DNA of 64,000 nt from Candidatus Latescibacterota bacterium. Lineage in GTDB: Bacteria; Latescibacterota; UBA2968; GCA-2709665. Location: positions 4,384,001 through 4,448,000 of the forward strand of contig OZ242358.1 of the NCBI GenBank assembly GCA_965208835.1, read 5' to 3'. Position numbers and translations under genes: made by a program. A model generated the notes under the pieces. That model had not been told where the DNA came from. It was given only the letters and a program-made list of their open reading frames with translations, and ran no database searches. Below, piece after piece: positions 52,227 through 62,524 of the stretch. Numbering within the stretch: the first letter of the stretch is position 1; each line of letters starts with the position of its first letter.

Positions 52227-53407
52227 GTGTTTTGTCCCTAAAGTAACTTGACTATTTATTGAGCCTGTCCTATGTTCTCTCTACACGCTTCTTACACCCA
52301 TTGGAAAAGGAGAGAACCATGGGACGCGGTCGTCCTCGAAAGCCCATTGTGTTGTCTGACCAGGTCCTTGAGGAACTCAACTCACTTTCAAGTTCTCGTA
52401 CGTTGTCGCACGGTCTCGTGCGACGGGCCAAGATCGTCCTGATGAGCGCGGATGGTCTCAGTAACCGGGTGATTGCCCAAAAGGTCGGGCTGAGCCAGCA
52501 GAGCGTCATCACCTGGCGGAACCGCTTTCTCCAGCAAGGTTTGATGGGTCTGTATGATGAACGCCGTTCGGGCAGACCACGCACGGTTCAAGCCGAGGCC
52601 ATCACCGGACTGATCCGCAAGACGCTGACCACAAAACCAACGGACGGCAGCACCCATTGGACCTGTCGATCCATCGCTGCCGCAACGAAGATATCCAAAT
52701 CCGAGGTGCAACGGATCTGGTCCACAGTGGGGATCGCGCCACACCGACAAAAACACTTCAAGCTATCCAACGATCCCTTCTTCATTGAAAAAGTTCACGA
52801 CATCGTCGGATTGTATCTGGACCCACCCGATTCTGCGATGGTGCTTTGTGTCGACGAGAAAAGCCAGACGCAGGCGCTGGAACGTACCCAACCGCTGTTG
52901 TCGATGGGACTGGGATACGTGGAGGGCGTGACGCACGATTACCGCCGCCACGGCACCACGACGTTGTTCGCCGCCCTGGACGTTGCCACGGGTGAGGTGT
53001 TGACGCAATGCAAGCGCAGGCACCGCCACCAGGAGTTTTTGCAGTTCCTCAAAAACATCGACCAAAACGTCCCTGATGACCTCGATGTGCATTTAATCGT
53101 CGACAACTATTGTACCCACAAACACAACAAGGTGAAACGATGGCTTTCACAAAGACCCAGATACCACATACACTTTACCCCGACCTACTCATCTTGGCTC
53201 AACCAGGTCGAGATCTGGTTCAATATCATCACTCAGAAGGCCATCAGGCGCGGCTCCTTCAGGTCCGTCAGAGAACTCATCGACAGAATTCAAACCTTCA
53301 CCGACAACTACAACAAGACGTCCAAACCTTTCGTCTGGACCGCCACCGCGCAATCGATACTCGAAAAAGTCGAACGACTTTGTAAAGCCATTTCTGGGAC
53401 AGGACAC
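52227..53407 (+). mobile_element. IS630-family insertion sequence
   Basis: TIRs GTGTTTTGTCCC / GGGACAGGACAC; CTAG at left; right flank reads CAG instead of TAG. Confidence 0.88.
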
Positions 53408-53416
53408 CAGCACTGA
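52319..53416 (+). CDS. IS630 transposase
   Basis: [48 protein letters not shown]; RBS AAGGAG. Confidence 0.94.
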   Translation: MGRGRPRKPIVLSDQVLEELNSLSSSRTLSHGLVRRAKIVLMSADGLSNRVIAQKVGLSQQSVITWRNRFLQQGLMGLYDERRSGRPRTVQAEAITGLIRKTLTTKPTDGSTHWTCRSIAAATKISKSEVQRIWSTVGIAPHRQKHFKLSNDPFFIEKVHDIVGLYLDPPDSAMVLCVDEKSQTQALERTQPLLSMGLGYVEGVTHDYRRHGTTTLFAALDVATGEVLTQCKRRHRHQEFLQFLKNIDQNVPDDLDVHLIVDNYCTHKHNKVKRWLSQRPRYHIHFTPTYSSWLNQVEIWFNIITQKAIRRGSFRSVRELIDRIQTFTDNYNKTSKPFVWTATAQSILEKVERLCKAISGTGHQH

Positions 53417-53438
53417 TCTTATCGAGAAAGGATCGCAT

Positions 53439-53798
53439 ATGTTATCCCTGTTTTTGTCCGCAGCCCTATCCGTTTCTCCCGCTATCGCAGACAGTACTGC
53501 GGTGACGATTCAAGATACGCTTGCCTGCGAAGTCCGCTTGTCGGTGCTTCGTGAAGAGCAGACGACGCTGCTGGAGATGGGCGAGGATATGCGTTATTTC
53601 GCTCTTTGGTTGCTTGACGGCGGCTGTTCTGTCGATTCCGTCGCGGTGTGGTACGCGGGTATGCGAAATCTGCAGAAGGATGAGGTGGGGCGTCGCAAGA
53701 ACAGGAAGTCTGTCACGCCCGAGCCATGGACACCCGGTTGCAAAATCCCGGAAGGGTGGACGCGTCCGGATCGTCGACGAAAACCAAACGAACAGTGA
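53439..53798 (+). CDS. Hypothetical secreted protein
   Basis: RBS AAAGGA; signal-like MLSLFLSAALSVSPAIA; no recognised domain. Confidence 0.5.
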   Translation: MLSLFLSAALSVSPAIADSTAVTIQDTLACEVRLSVLREEQTTLLEMGEDMRYFALWLLDGGCSVDSVAVWYAGMRNLQKDEVGRRKNRKSVTPEPWTPGCKIPEGWTRPDRRRKPNEQ

Positions 53799-54108
53799 GG
53801 AGCCCCTTCGAGAAAACGTGATGGAGGACTCTGAGCGCTTCGCCCTGCGACGTCGATCAGGGTGCATCCCGGGACGAAGCTTCAAAGGATGGCGCGGAAA
53901 TTCCCGTCTGCCCGCGTCGTTGTCCTTCTGTCCGGAACGGTAACGGAAGAAACGGTCGCTCTGCGGAATTATCGGCAGCATCAATGGATCAGACGTCAGC
54001 CTAAACTGTCATACCGAGGATGTCGGCGAGATGGTGGAGCGGACATTCCTGTCAGCTCACGTTCATGCACGGGTGAGGCGAAGGGCATCGCTTGCAGGTT
54101 GGCCGAAA

Positions 54109-54200
54109 CTGTCATCCTGAGGACTTGCCCTGCTTGTGCTGCCTGCACTGAGCTTGTCGAAGGGGGTCGGGGCCGCCCGGCCCGACGAAGGATCTACTGC
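54109..54200. repeat. GTCATCCTGAG...CGAAGGATCT palindromic element with internal TGAGCTTGTCGAA unit
   Basis: Both ends match 62139-62301. Confidence 0.75.
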
Positions 54201-54310
54201 GGCATGGAAGGATGTCATAGCGACGCTGACTTGACGAAAACTCGCAGGCAGCACGACTGCGGTGATTCGGCGTACCAATCACTTTTACCCATTTCCGGGA
54301 GGATTACAAC

Positions 54311-54838
54311 GTGAACCTCGCAAAAAGGACAGCCTGCGGAATCCTCGCGTTGACGGCAATCGCCTTTGCCGGGCTTGCCATTGTCTATGCCCGGTCCGCG
54401 GTCGACGCGCAGATGCGGACCGACGCCCTGCAAAGCCTGAACAATGGCGACTCAGGCGCCACCAGGTCGGTGGTGACCTTACAAGCACTACGGCCGGACC
54501 TGGGCGGATCTCAAGCGAATCCTGAGAATCGCTCTCTTTGGGGTGCACTGTCCATAGACGTCAATCAGGGGCAGAGATGGGGCTGGGCAATCGACTATGC
54601 GACGGTTCGAGAGGCGGAACAACGCGCACTTTCGGAGTGTGGCAGCAACTGCCGCGTCGTCATGACGTTCCGAAACCAGTGCGCGGCCTATGCGGCGGAC
54701 CAGGAAAAGGGCAGCACGATCTACGGATGGGGGAAGGACAGTACCAGCGCAGCAGCGAAGAACAGGGCACTGAACGAGTGCCGCAATCGGGGTGGGAAAT
54801 CGTGCATTGTGCGCGTTTGGGGCTGTACGCGGCGATAG
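54311..54838 (+). CDS. Secreted DUF4189-like Cys-rich protein
   Basis: RBS GGAGG, GTG start; WGALS..WGWA..A.Q.AL.EC...C.VV..F.NQC.AYA..A...AL.EC....C.VRVWGC. Confidence 0.8.
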   Translation: MNLAKRTACGILALTAIAFAGLAIVYARSAVDAQMRTDALQSLNNGDSGATRSVVTLQALRPDLGGSQANPENRSLWGALSIDVNQGQRWGWAIDYATVREAEQRALSECGSNCRVVMTFRNQCAAYAADQEKGSTIYGWGKDSTSAAAKNRALNECRNRGGKSCIVRVWGCTRR

Positions 54839-54845
54839 AGAAACG

Positions 54846-55187
54846 AAGCAGGCCCTGGCGGACTGAATGAATGTGATGGCAGGCGGAAACCCCAGCGGAT
54901 GCCCCCCTGTGACTTCCGGCGCGCCGTCGCAGTCGCCAGCGCCCAAAGGGGATCCGATGCAACCGGCGCTTCAGAACATGGAGACGGTCTGTGGAAAGAA
55001 ACACGGGAGCGGTTTATCGGTCAATGTCGACGCCCGGTTCAATTGCCTGGCGGCGTTCGGCGACTACTGCACGCTCAATCGTGCGCCGAGTGAAGAAGCC
55101 AGGACGAAACTGCGCGCCAGGTTGGCGCAGAACTGCGGGGTGTTACAGGGTATCGGCGCGGCGGGTAAATGTTCGTATTGTCGATAG
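54846..55187 (+). pseudogene. Orphan copy of the 6-Cys C-terminal domain of the 59140 ankyrin protein
   Basis: KQALAD-TGA-MNVMAG matches DQAITDWARVMAG; DPMQ.AL.NME.VCG..CLAAFGD.C..NCGVL.GIGA.GKCSYC shared. Confidence 0.75.
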
Positions 55188-55615
55188 TTGGCGGGTCGAC
55201 CGCTATCAAATCGCGAGTCAGGAAAACCTGGCAGAAATTCAGTTGCGCGACTGATACAAGGTGCGGCCCCGCAATGCTGGTGGGTGGACGGATGGTCCAC
55301 ACCATGGAAGTCCCCACACGGGATACAAACCGAAATGCGGTCGCCATACTGATCTGAGATAAAATATCTCGTGCGCGGCAGGTCGCATTCACCATCGCGT
55401 GATGTCTACCGTCATGTAGTCGACTTCAGCCTGTCTCCCGTTTGGCATCGTTTGTGTCGGCTTTTCGATGTAGATGCATCCGAAAAGCTCTTACAATTGT
55501 AGAACCATTCGACACTCAGTCAGTTGAATATTAATAAATTAGTTTCATATCGGGCGTCTCTCGAGTTTGTCAACAACCTGGCGCCTTTCCTGGAAGTACA
55601 AGTCGGGAGGTTGAC

Positions 55616-56656
55616 ATGGACTTTCGTTCAGTAAAGATTCGCAATATGCAGGCGGCGTATCTGTTCCTTGCCAAACTGAAGTCGTTCTCGAGGCCCGTTG
55701 TTTTCCTCGTGATGTGTGTAACCGCACCATCCACAACCCTGCCTGGATCAGCGCCAGTGGTGGCCCTTCATCCTCGCAGCGTTCCCGGAGAGGCAGGTAT
55801 CAACATTACGAGGATAACGGAGAAAGAGGATGTGCATTTTAGCGCTTGGATCGCGGATATGCTGTCGTATGACGACCCACCGCCGCAGAACTTCAGCATC
55901 GCGGAAGGCAGAATGGCTTATGTCGATGTTAATGACGGCGGACTCGATGTGTACACCAGGGAGTTGGATGGCGAAAATCCAGTGCGTCAGACGACATTCA
56001 GTGGAAACGTCAGAGGCGTTTCTCTTTCTCCCGACGGAGTACACATAGCTTACGTCGAAGAACTGCACGGACTTTGGAATGTCTTCGTATCGACGTGGAA
56101 TATCGACCCAACTCCGCGTCAGATTAACAGGCGGGGAACGTCTGCGATATTCCCGGTATTTTCGCCTGACAGTTCAACGATTCTCTTCTATGGATCCCAA
56201 ACAAACGGGTACGGCATTTGCACGTATGATCTGGACACTGGCAACCGGGCGTTTTTCGGTGTAGGCGTCGGATTATCGTTTACTCCGGACGGAAGGAAAA
56301 TCGCGACGATACGTGAGAGAGGAGACACCGACTTCTACGAAATCTGGCTGGTTGATCTGGAAAACGGGGATGAATCCCTCGTGCTGTCTTCCAAACATCG
56401 AAGTTACATAGATTGTGCGGTTTCGCCGGACGGCAAAAGAATCGCAGTTGTTTCGACATTCGCAATTGAAGGCACTCCGCCTAATTTGGACATTTTCTTG
56501 GCCAACCTCGACGGAACGGGTCTCAGGCAGATGACTTTTCATCCGGGCAACGACCTGACGCCCAGATGGTCAGCAGACGGCCGGTCATTGTATATCGTAT
56601 CACAGCGAGGGACGAGCAGCGGAAATTACAGTATATGGCGCATGGACTTAGACTAG
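55616..56656 (+). CDS. TolB-like PD40 beta-propeller protein
   Basis: Repeated SPDG..IA; DIFLANLDG; HPGNDLTPRWSADG; RBS GGAGG. Confidence 0.88.
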   Translation: MDFRSVKIRNMQAAYLFLAKLKSFSRPVVFLVMCVTAPSTTLPGSAPVVALHPRSVPGEAGINITRITEKEDVHFSAWIADMLSYDDPPPQNFSIAEGRMAYVDVNDGGLDVYTRELDGENPVRQTTFSGNVRGVSLSPDGVHIAYVEELHGLWNVFVSTWNIDPTPRQINRRGTSAIFPVFSPDSSTILFYGSQTNGYGICTYDLDTGNRAFFGVGVGLSFTPDGRKIATIRERGDTDFYEIWLVDLENGDESLVLSSKHRSYIDCAVSPDGKRIAVVSTFAIEGTPPNLDIFLANLDGTGLRQMTFHPGNDLTPRWSADGRSLYIVSQRGTSSGNYSIWRMDLD

Positions 56657-56942
56657 CTCGCGAGCTGCACGGGGTTTAGGCAGGGAAGCCAAACCCTGGC
56701 GGCGATGATGTCCAACCGCCAATGATGTCACCTCCAATTCGTATCGGTTGCAGGTCAGGATCCGCGAAGGTTTGAGAAACGGTACAGGTATCATGGTTTC
56801 GAATGCGTTCGGAGCAGGGAAAGCCGACGCGACTATTCGAGTTGGTAACCTATCGCGCGACTTCCAACGCAACTTGAACAATCGAACCCGGATAGAGTTT
56901 TCGCTCGATAATGGCAGCATGAAGGACAATTGGAGATTCAGC

Positions 56943-58790
56943 ATGATGGCGACACGCACTGGCTTTTACCTTGTGGTCCTGCTTTCATTCGTTGCAGCAG
57001 TACCTGCCAGAAGCTCCGAGACACGACTGGTGCTACTTCCGCCGGAGAATGTGGCGTACCAGTATGTTCATCTGGTGGAAGAGCTGCATACCGATCAAGA
57101 CCACGCGGAAACTTTCGAACTCCCGGATAATATCACAGCGCTTCAGAGCGAGGACAGCTTCAAGTTGCCCGGCCTGCGCAACTACAAAGCAGCGTGTGTC
57201 GGGCAGTCTGCAGATTCAATGAGGAATATCCCTTACACGGAGGCCGGGCATTCGGGGGATTCTTCGGCAATCGGGAAAGACGGTAAGCTCTTCAAAGAGG
57301 GACGGATACCGTTTAAGAGGGGAACGGCAGATGTTGAGGAATCATGTGTTGGAGAGTTTTTAGGGGAAAGTTGTTGGATGGCCGTAGCCAACCACACCGA
57401 TTGCCGCGTCTGGAACCCTGACCTCAGACCGGACGAGACCGTGATCTGGACCGGCAGTTGTTCAGGGAATTTGGCCGAAGGAAAGGGGACGATCATCTGG
57501 ACATACGTTGGTAGGGACACGCTCGAGACTACGGAGGCGGGAAAAGGGCGCCTGCAGAAAGGCAAATATCACGGACACTGGATCGAGCATTATTGGGATG
57601 GAACGGTCGGGAAGGGTACCTATGCGGATGGCAAGCGGCACGGACAATGGGACTATCGTTATCCTGGTGAAACGGGACCTGATGCCGCGTTTCTGGACGG
57701 CAACAATCGGGGGCAGGGGGTCTATTACGAAACGAATGAAAGGGTATGGGGAGGTCGTTTTGTCGCCGGCAAGAAGCAGGGCCAATGGCGTGAATGTTAT
57801 CCACGTGGCGTACAGAAGGCGTCATTTGTGGATAGCAGCAGACGCGGCCATTGGGTCTGGATTTATGAAAATTGGTTCGGCGCCGTTGAAGACGGTGAGG
57901 TATCGCCACATTTGGTGTATGGATATAATGATGGGACGGCTGGCGAAGGCCCTTATGTGGATGGCAAGAAACACGGTCATTGGGTATTTACGGATAGCGA
58001 TAGCAGCCTAGTGGAAGAAGGCCCCTACGTGGAAGGCCGGAAGCATGGCCATTGGGCTCGTCGTCAGGATAATGGGTATGAGACTGAAGGCCTCTACGTG
58101 GACAACAGGAAGCACGGACTCTGGGTCGTACGCTATCCCTTTGGTAGTGTAGAACAGGGGCCCTATGTAAACGGTAAGAAGCACGGACACTGGGTCGAAC
58201 GTCAGGCCGACGGCAAAGGATGGGGTAGCTATGACGAGGAGCACGTACAATGGCTCAAACGCGAGACGGAAGGGACGGAATGGGGAGGTCCATATGTGAA
58301 CGACAAGAAGCACGGCCATTGGATAGAACGTGACCTTCAAGGCGGTCGAAGTGAAGGTCGCTATCTGGATGGGGAGAAGCACGGACACTGGGTCCGGCAT
58401 ATCGGCCGGCGCGATTACGTGCTGTTCCATATCGAATCGGAGGAAGGCTCTTATTTACACGGCAAGAAAACCGGTCATTGGGTCACCCTTTTCTGCGATG
58501 GCAGCGTAGAGGAAGGCAACTACACGGACGACAAACGGGACGGCCGTTGGGTCATGCGTCACCGAAACGGAGACGTAGAGTACACCGAGTGGATAGATGG
58601 CAAGCGTCATGGCGGGTGGTTGACGCGTCATTTGAAAGAGTATCAATCAAAAGGCAGGTATATAGACGGAGAAAAAGATGGCGTATGGTACAAATGGCTG
58701 AAGGATGATCGAGCGTGCTGGTCCGCTACATTTCGTCAGGGCGCAATTCTAGAAAATAAAGTGGTCAATCAGGAAATGTGTCGGCGGTGA
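56943..58790 (+). CDS. Secreted protein: degenerate LPPEI header + Cys domain + long MORN-like array
   Basis: LPPENVAYQY..SADSMR..GKDGKLFKE; CWM..C.VW..WTGSCSG..GKGT; >12 GPYVDGKKHGHW-type repeats. Confidence 0.85.
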   Translation: MMATRTGFYLVVLLSFVAAVPARSSETRLVLLPPENVAYQYVHLVEELHTDQDHAETFELPDNITALQSEDSFKLPGLRNYKAACVGQSADSMRNIPYTEAGHSGDSSAIGKDGKLFKEGRIPFKRGTADVEESCVGEFLGESCWMAVANHTDCRVWNPDLRPDETVIWTGSCSGNLAEGKGTIIWTYVGRDTLETTEAGKGRLQKGKYHGHWIEHYWDGTVGKGTYADGKRHGQWDYRYPGETGPDAAFLDGNNRGQGVYYETNERVWGGRFVAGKKQGQWRECYPRGVQKASFVDSSRRGHWVWIYENWFGAVEDGEVSPHLVYGYNDGTAGEGPYVDGKKHGHWVFTDSDSSLVEEGPYVEGRKHGHWARRQDNGYETEGLYVDNRKHGLWVVRYPFGSVEQGPYVNGKKHGHWVERQADGKGWGSYDEEHVQWLKRETEGTEWGGPYVNDKKHGHWIERDLQGGRSEGRYLDGEKHGHWVRHIGRRDYVLFHIESEEGSYLHGKKTGHWVTLFCDGSVEEGNYTDDKRDGRWVMRHRNGDVEYTEWIDGKRHGGWLTRHLKEYQSKGRYIDGEKDGVWYKWLKDDRACWSATFRQGAILENKVVNQEMCRR

Positions 58791-59139
58791 ACGGGCCACG
58801 TGACGGGTTCCAGTTTAAACGCGCCAATATCGCCCATGAAGCGGTGAGCGCGGATCTGTCAACAGGCAGTGACGGCTAGTTTTGCAAGGATGCACAGGCG
58901 CAGTTGATCAGAGATTCCCAAACCACTCTTTTTGGCGAGTCGCATTTCACGAATGGGTCAGGTTTAACCCTACACTTCTCGCATTAGTGTTGTCAGTATC
59001 TTTCTGCCATTTGTCGCGCCATCAAGGAACGGATTAAAGAATCGGACGGCTCTTGTCCGAGTTGTCAAACGAGAGCATTGGTGGGATTTCACGAGGCCGG
59101 TTCCGTTATGCGTGGTTGTGTGCTTCTTGGGGAGACCCG

Positions 59140-61920
59140 ATGCTTCCTGCAATCAGATGTTTTGCTGCTACATTCCTCCTCGTAATTTTCACGGTCACCT
59201 CCGCCCAGCGCTTCGACGCTGCTCAGCGGTCGCTACCCCCTGAAATCCTGGCCGACGCCTATATGCTGCAGGTGGAGCAGGCCGTTCGCGACGGAGATAT
59301 AAACCGGGCAAAGGCCGTGATTCACAAAATCCGCGGTCTGCAGGAACAGCACGAATTGGACGTGGAGATTGAGTTTGACTTCAGGTACGCACGTGCAGCG
59401 GGCGCTGTCGGTATGTCCGATCTGGCGCTTGAATTCGTGGTGAAGTACCTCGCTGCGGCGGGACCCGAAGGCCAACACTATCACGATGCCCTTGCGTTGA
59501 TGAACAGAGCGAAGGCCGGATCGTCGGGAGGCGATGTATCGGTACAATTATCACCGGATATTATCACGGACGCAAAACTCTCGGACGCGGAGCAGGCGAT
59601 TCGAGAAGGTGACACGGATCGGGCGCGGACCGCAATTCAAGATGTCCGTAAGCTGCAGGAGCAATATGCTCTCGAACCTCTGGATACGTTTCACTTCAGG
59701 TACGGGAAAGCAGCGGGCGCCATCGACTTGCCTGAACTGGCGCTCGAGTCCGTGGTCAAGTACCTGGCCGTATCAGGGCGTGAGGGGCAGCACTACGTCG
59801 ACGCCCTGGAACTGATGAACCGCGCGCAAATTGCGGTAAGTTGTAAGGGATGGGACTCGGAAGAATATTTCAAGACGGCGACCGTCGATGAGGTCAAGGC
59901 CTGCCTCGACACGGGTATCGACGCAAAGACCAAGGACGATTCCGGCGTAACGCCGCTTCACCGGGCGGCGAGATATTCCGATAACGCGGAGGTCATTACC
60001 GCGCTGCTGAATGCGGGAGTGGACAAGGAATCGAAGGACAGCGACGAAAGAAACCCCCTGCATTGGGCGGTCGCGCACCACAATGCGGTTGCCGTCAAGG
60101 CGCTTATCGATGTAGGCGCCGATCCGAACGCACGGGACCATGACGGCCAGACACCCTTGCTTGACGCCGCGAAGAATATCGAGAATCAGGAAATCGTCGA
60201 ATCCCTGCTCAATGCGGGCGCCGACAAGGAGGCAATGGACAGATATGGACTGACACCCCTGTATCTGGCGGCCTGGTATAATAACACGGTTGCTTTAGCG
60301 GCACTCATTAGGGCTGGCGCCAACTTGGAAGCTAAAGACAAGCGTGGATTGACTCCCCTGCACTGGGCTGTTGAGCGGGGACATCCCGACGCGATCCGAT
60401 TACTTCTAGCGGCCGGGGCCGATAAGGCGCGTGTACGAGAAAAATGGACTGCTCTGCATTGGGCAGTTTCGTACATCGAAAATCCATCCTCAATTGAGGC
60501 TATGCTTAAGGCGGGGGCCAAGCAAAAATCCGCGGGTTGGTCTAAAACCAGGCCGCTGCATGTAGCTGCGAAGTACAAAAAGAATCCGGAAGTTATCAAC
60601 GCACTGATTGAAGCTGGCGCCGACGTAAACGCCAAGGATAGGGGCAAAAACCGACCCCTGCACGAGGCGGCTTCGTACAATGAAAATGCGGATGTTGCCG
60701 AGGCACTGATTAAAGCTGGCGCGGACGTAATGGCACGCAACCGCGGTTCAAAGGAGACGCCGCTGCATCTTGCCGCACATCACAACGATAATCCTGCCGT
60801 TGTCGAATTGCTGCTGAAGGCCGGTGCCGGCCTGGAAACTCAGGACAACGATCACAGAACACCACTACACGGTGCGGCCTGGTACAATGAAAATGCGGAT
60901 ATTGCCAGGGCACTGATTGACGCTGGCGCGGACGTAATGGCACGCGACCGCGGTTCAGAGACGCCGCTGCATCGCGCCGCAAGACACAACGAGAATCCTG
61001 CCGTTGTCGAATTGCTGCTCGAGGCAGGGGCCGATGCAAGCGCTCGCGATGATCGGGGCAACACACCCCTTCACCAAGCAGCGAAATCGAGCAATAATCC
61101 TGTTATTGTCAAATTGCTGCTTGAGGCCGGCGCTGATGCAAGCGCTCGGGATTTCGCCGAGTACACACCCCTTCACCGAGCCGCCGAATCGAACGAGAAT
61201 CCTGTCATTGTCAAATTGCTGCTCGAGGCCGGCGCTGATGCAAGCGCTCGGAATTTTTTAGACTACACACCCTTGCATTACGCCGCCTTAAATAAAAATC
61301 CGGATATTGCACGAGTTCTGATGGATGCTGGCGCCAATCTCAACCTGCGCGACGAAGACCATCGGACGCCGCTGGATATCGCCGAGGAAGAAGGCAACCA
61401 TGCAGTCGCACAGTTACTTGCCGTAGCGGGCGGCGAACGTACGGTGGTATCGCAGTCGACCGTAGAAAAGAAAGGAACAGACTGGTCCAAGGTGGCCGTG
61501 GGTGTGCTGGGTGCGGCGGCGATCGCGCATGCCGGCAAAGACGCGCCGCAGGAGGCTGTCGATCAGGCCATTACGGATTGGGCCAGGGTGATGGCAGGGG
61601 TCGAGTCTTCAGCGGATGCGCCAACCGCTTCCGGCGGGCCGACTCAGGCACAAGGGGAACAGTCGCAGCCGGCGACGGCGGAGGATCCGATGCAACAGGC
61701 GCTCCTGAACATGGAGGCGGTCTGTGGAGAGAAATTCCGGAGCGGATTTGCGGCCAATGACCATGCCCGGTTCTATTGCCTGGCCGCGTTCGGCGACGCC
61801 TGTGCGCTCAAACGGGCGCAGACCGAAGAAGCCAGGACCAGGCTGCGGGCAAGCCTGGCGCGGAACTGCGGGGTCCTGACCGGTATTGGCGCGGTGGGAA
61901 AGTGTTCATACTGTCAGTGA
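59140..61920 (+). CDS. Secreted protein: two LPPEI headers + ~14-15 ankyrin repeats + 6-Cys C-terminal domain
   Basis: RBS GGAG; LPPEILADAY and LSPDIITDAK headers; TPLH.AA..N...V..LL.AGAD repeats. Confidence 0.92.
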   Translation: MLPAIRCFAATFLLVIFTVTSAQRFDAAQRSLPPEILADAYMLQVEQAVRDGDINRAKAVIHKIRGLQEQHELDVEIEFDFRYARAAGAVGMSDLALEFVVKYLAAAGPEGQHYHDALALMNRAKAGSSGGDVSVQLSPDIITDAKLSDAEQAIREGDTDRARTAIQDVRKLQEQYALEPLDTFHFRYGKAAGAIDLPELALESVVKYLAVSGREGQHYVDALELMNRAQIAVSCKGWDSEEYFKTATVDEVKACLDTGIDAKTKDDSGVTPLHRAARYSDNAEVITALLNAGVDKESKDSDERNPLHWAVAHHNAVAVKALIDVGADPNARDHDGQTPLLDAAKNIENQEIVESLLNAGADKEAMDRYGLTPLYLAAWYNNTVALAALIRAGANLEAKDKRGLTPLHWAVERGHPDAIRLLLAAGADKARVREKWTALHWAVSYIENPSSIEAMLKAGAKQKSAGWSKTRPLHVAAKYKKNPEVINALIEAGADVNAKDRGKNRPLHEAASYNENADVAEALIKAGADVMARNRGSKETPLHLAAHHNDNPAVVELLLKAGAGLETQDNDHRTPLHGAAWYNENADIARALIDAGADVMARDRGSETPLHRAARHNENPAVVELLLEAGADASARDDRGNTPLHQAAKSSNNPVIVKLLLEAGADASARDFAEYTPLHRAAESNENPVIVKLLLEAGADASARNFLDYTPLHYAALNKNPDIARVLMDAGANLNLRDEDHRTPLDIAEEEGNHAVAQLLAVAGGERTVVSQSTVEKKGTDWSKVAVGVLGAAAIAHAGKDAPQEAVDQAITDWARVMAGVESSADAPTASGGPTQAQGEQSQPATAEDPMQQALLNMEAVCGEKFRSGFAANDHARFYCLAAFGDACALKRAQTEEARTRLRASLARNCGVLTGIGAVGKCSYCQ

Positions 61921-61969
61921 ATGGCGTCGCAAACCGGCTCCGTGGGGGAACGACGATCGCTCGCAATGC

Positions 61970-62089
61970 TGTCATGCTGAGATGGACGCGACGCTGAAGA
62001 AGTGTCCGCGCACAAGGTCGTCTACAGAGACCATATACGACACGTACAATCGAGAAGACGGGAGATTCTTCGCTCCACTCTGAATGACA
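61970..62089. repeat. TGTCAT..GAG / CTC..ATGACA palindromic element
   Basis: Terminal IR 10/12; internal GAGATTCTTCGCT. Confidence 0.55.
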
Positions 62090-62138
62090 TGTCTTGAAAT
62101 AACCATTGGTGAAATGTATCGGTCAGGTGTTCGCCCCC

Positions 62139-62301
62139 ACTGTCATCCTGAGGACTTGCCCTGCTTGTGCTGAGCTTGTCGAAGCAAGCCCTCGGTCACT
62201 GATCCGTTGTCCTGCTTGTGCTGAGCCTGTCGAAGCAAGCCTGCCGAAGGATTGTCGAAGGGTCGAAGGGTGCCCGCCAGGCCGACGAAGGATCTACTGC
62301 G
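62139..62301. repeat. GTCATCCTGAG element expanded by nested TGTCGAAG units
   Basis: 31-bp unit repeated at 62160-90 and 62211-41; ends shared with 54109-54200. Confidence 0.78.
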
Positions 62302-62400
62302 ACGCCGCATCCATCAAAAGCGTCTGTCACACTCTGACCGACCTGACAGGCAGCACGAATGCGGCCCCTTCAAGCGAAGCCATCCGTCGATTGTCGCCGT

Positions 62401-62519
62401 AATCACTCCCCCCTTGAGGGGGAGTCGCAGAAGCCGAGCCGTCCCCTGAGCTTGTGGTCTCTGAGCTTGCTTGCATTGAGCTTGTCGAAAGGGCCGGCGA
62501 CGGCTGATGCGGTGGGGGG
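62401..62519. repeat. CTCCCCCCTTGAGGGGGAG composite palindromic element
   Basis: Hairpin head; three internal TGAGCTTG units; homologous to 33205-33316. Confidence 0.72.
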
Positions 62520-62524
62520 TTAAG

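Noticed and set aside
54864-54866. Second selenocysteine codon
   Set aside because: It aligns to Trp (TGG) in the paralog, not Cys; no clear SECIS.
62139-62301. CRISPR array (31-bp repeat twice)
   Set aside because: Only two units with a 20-bp gap, nested in a palindromic element; no cas genes.
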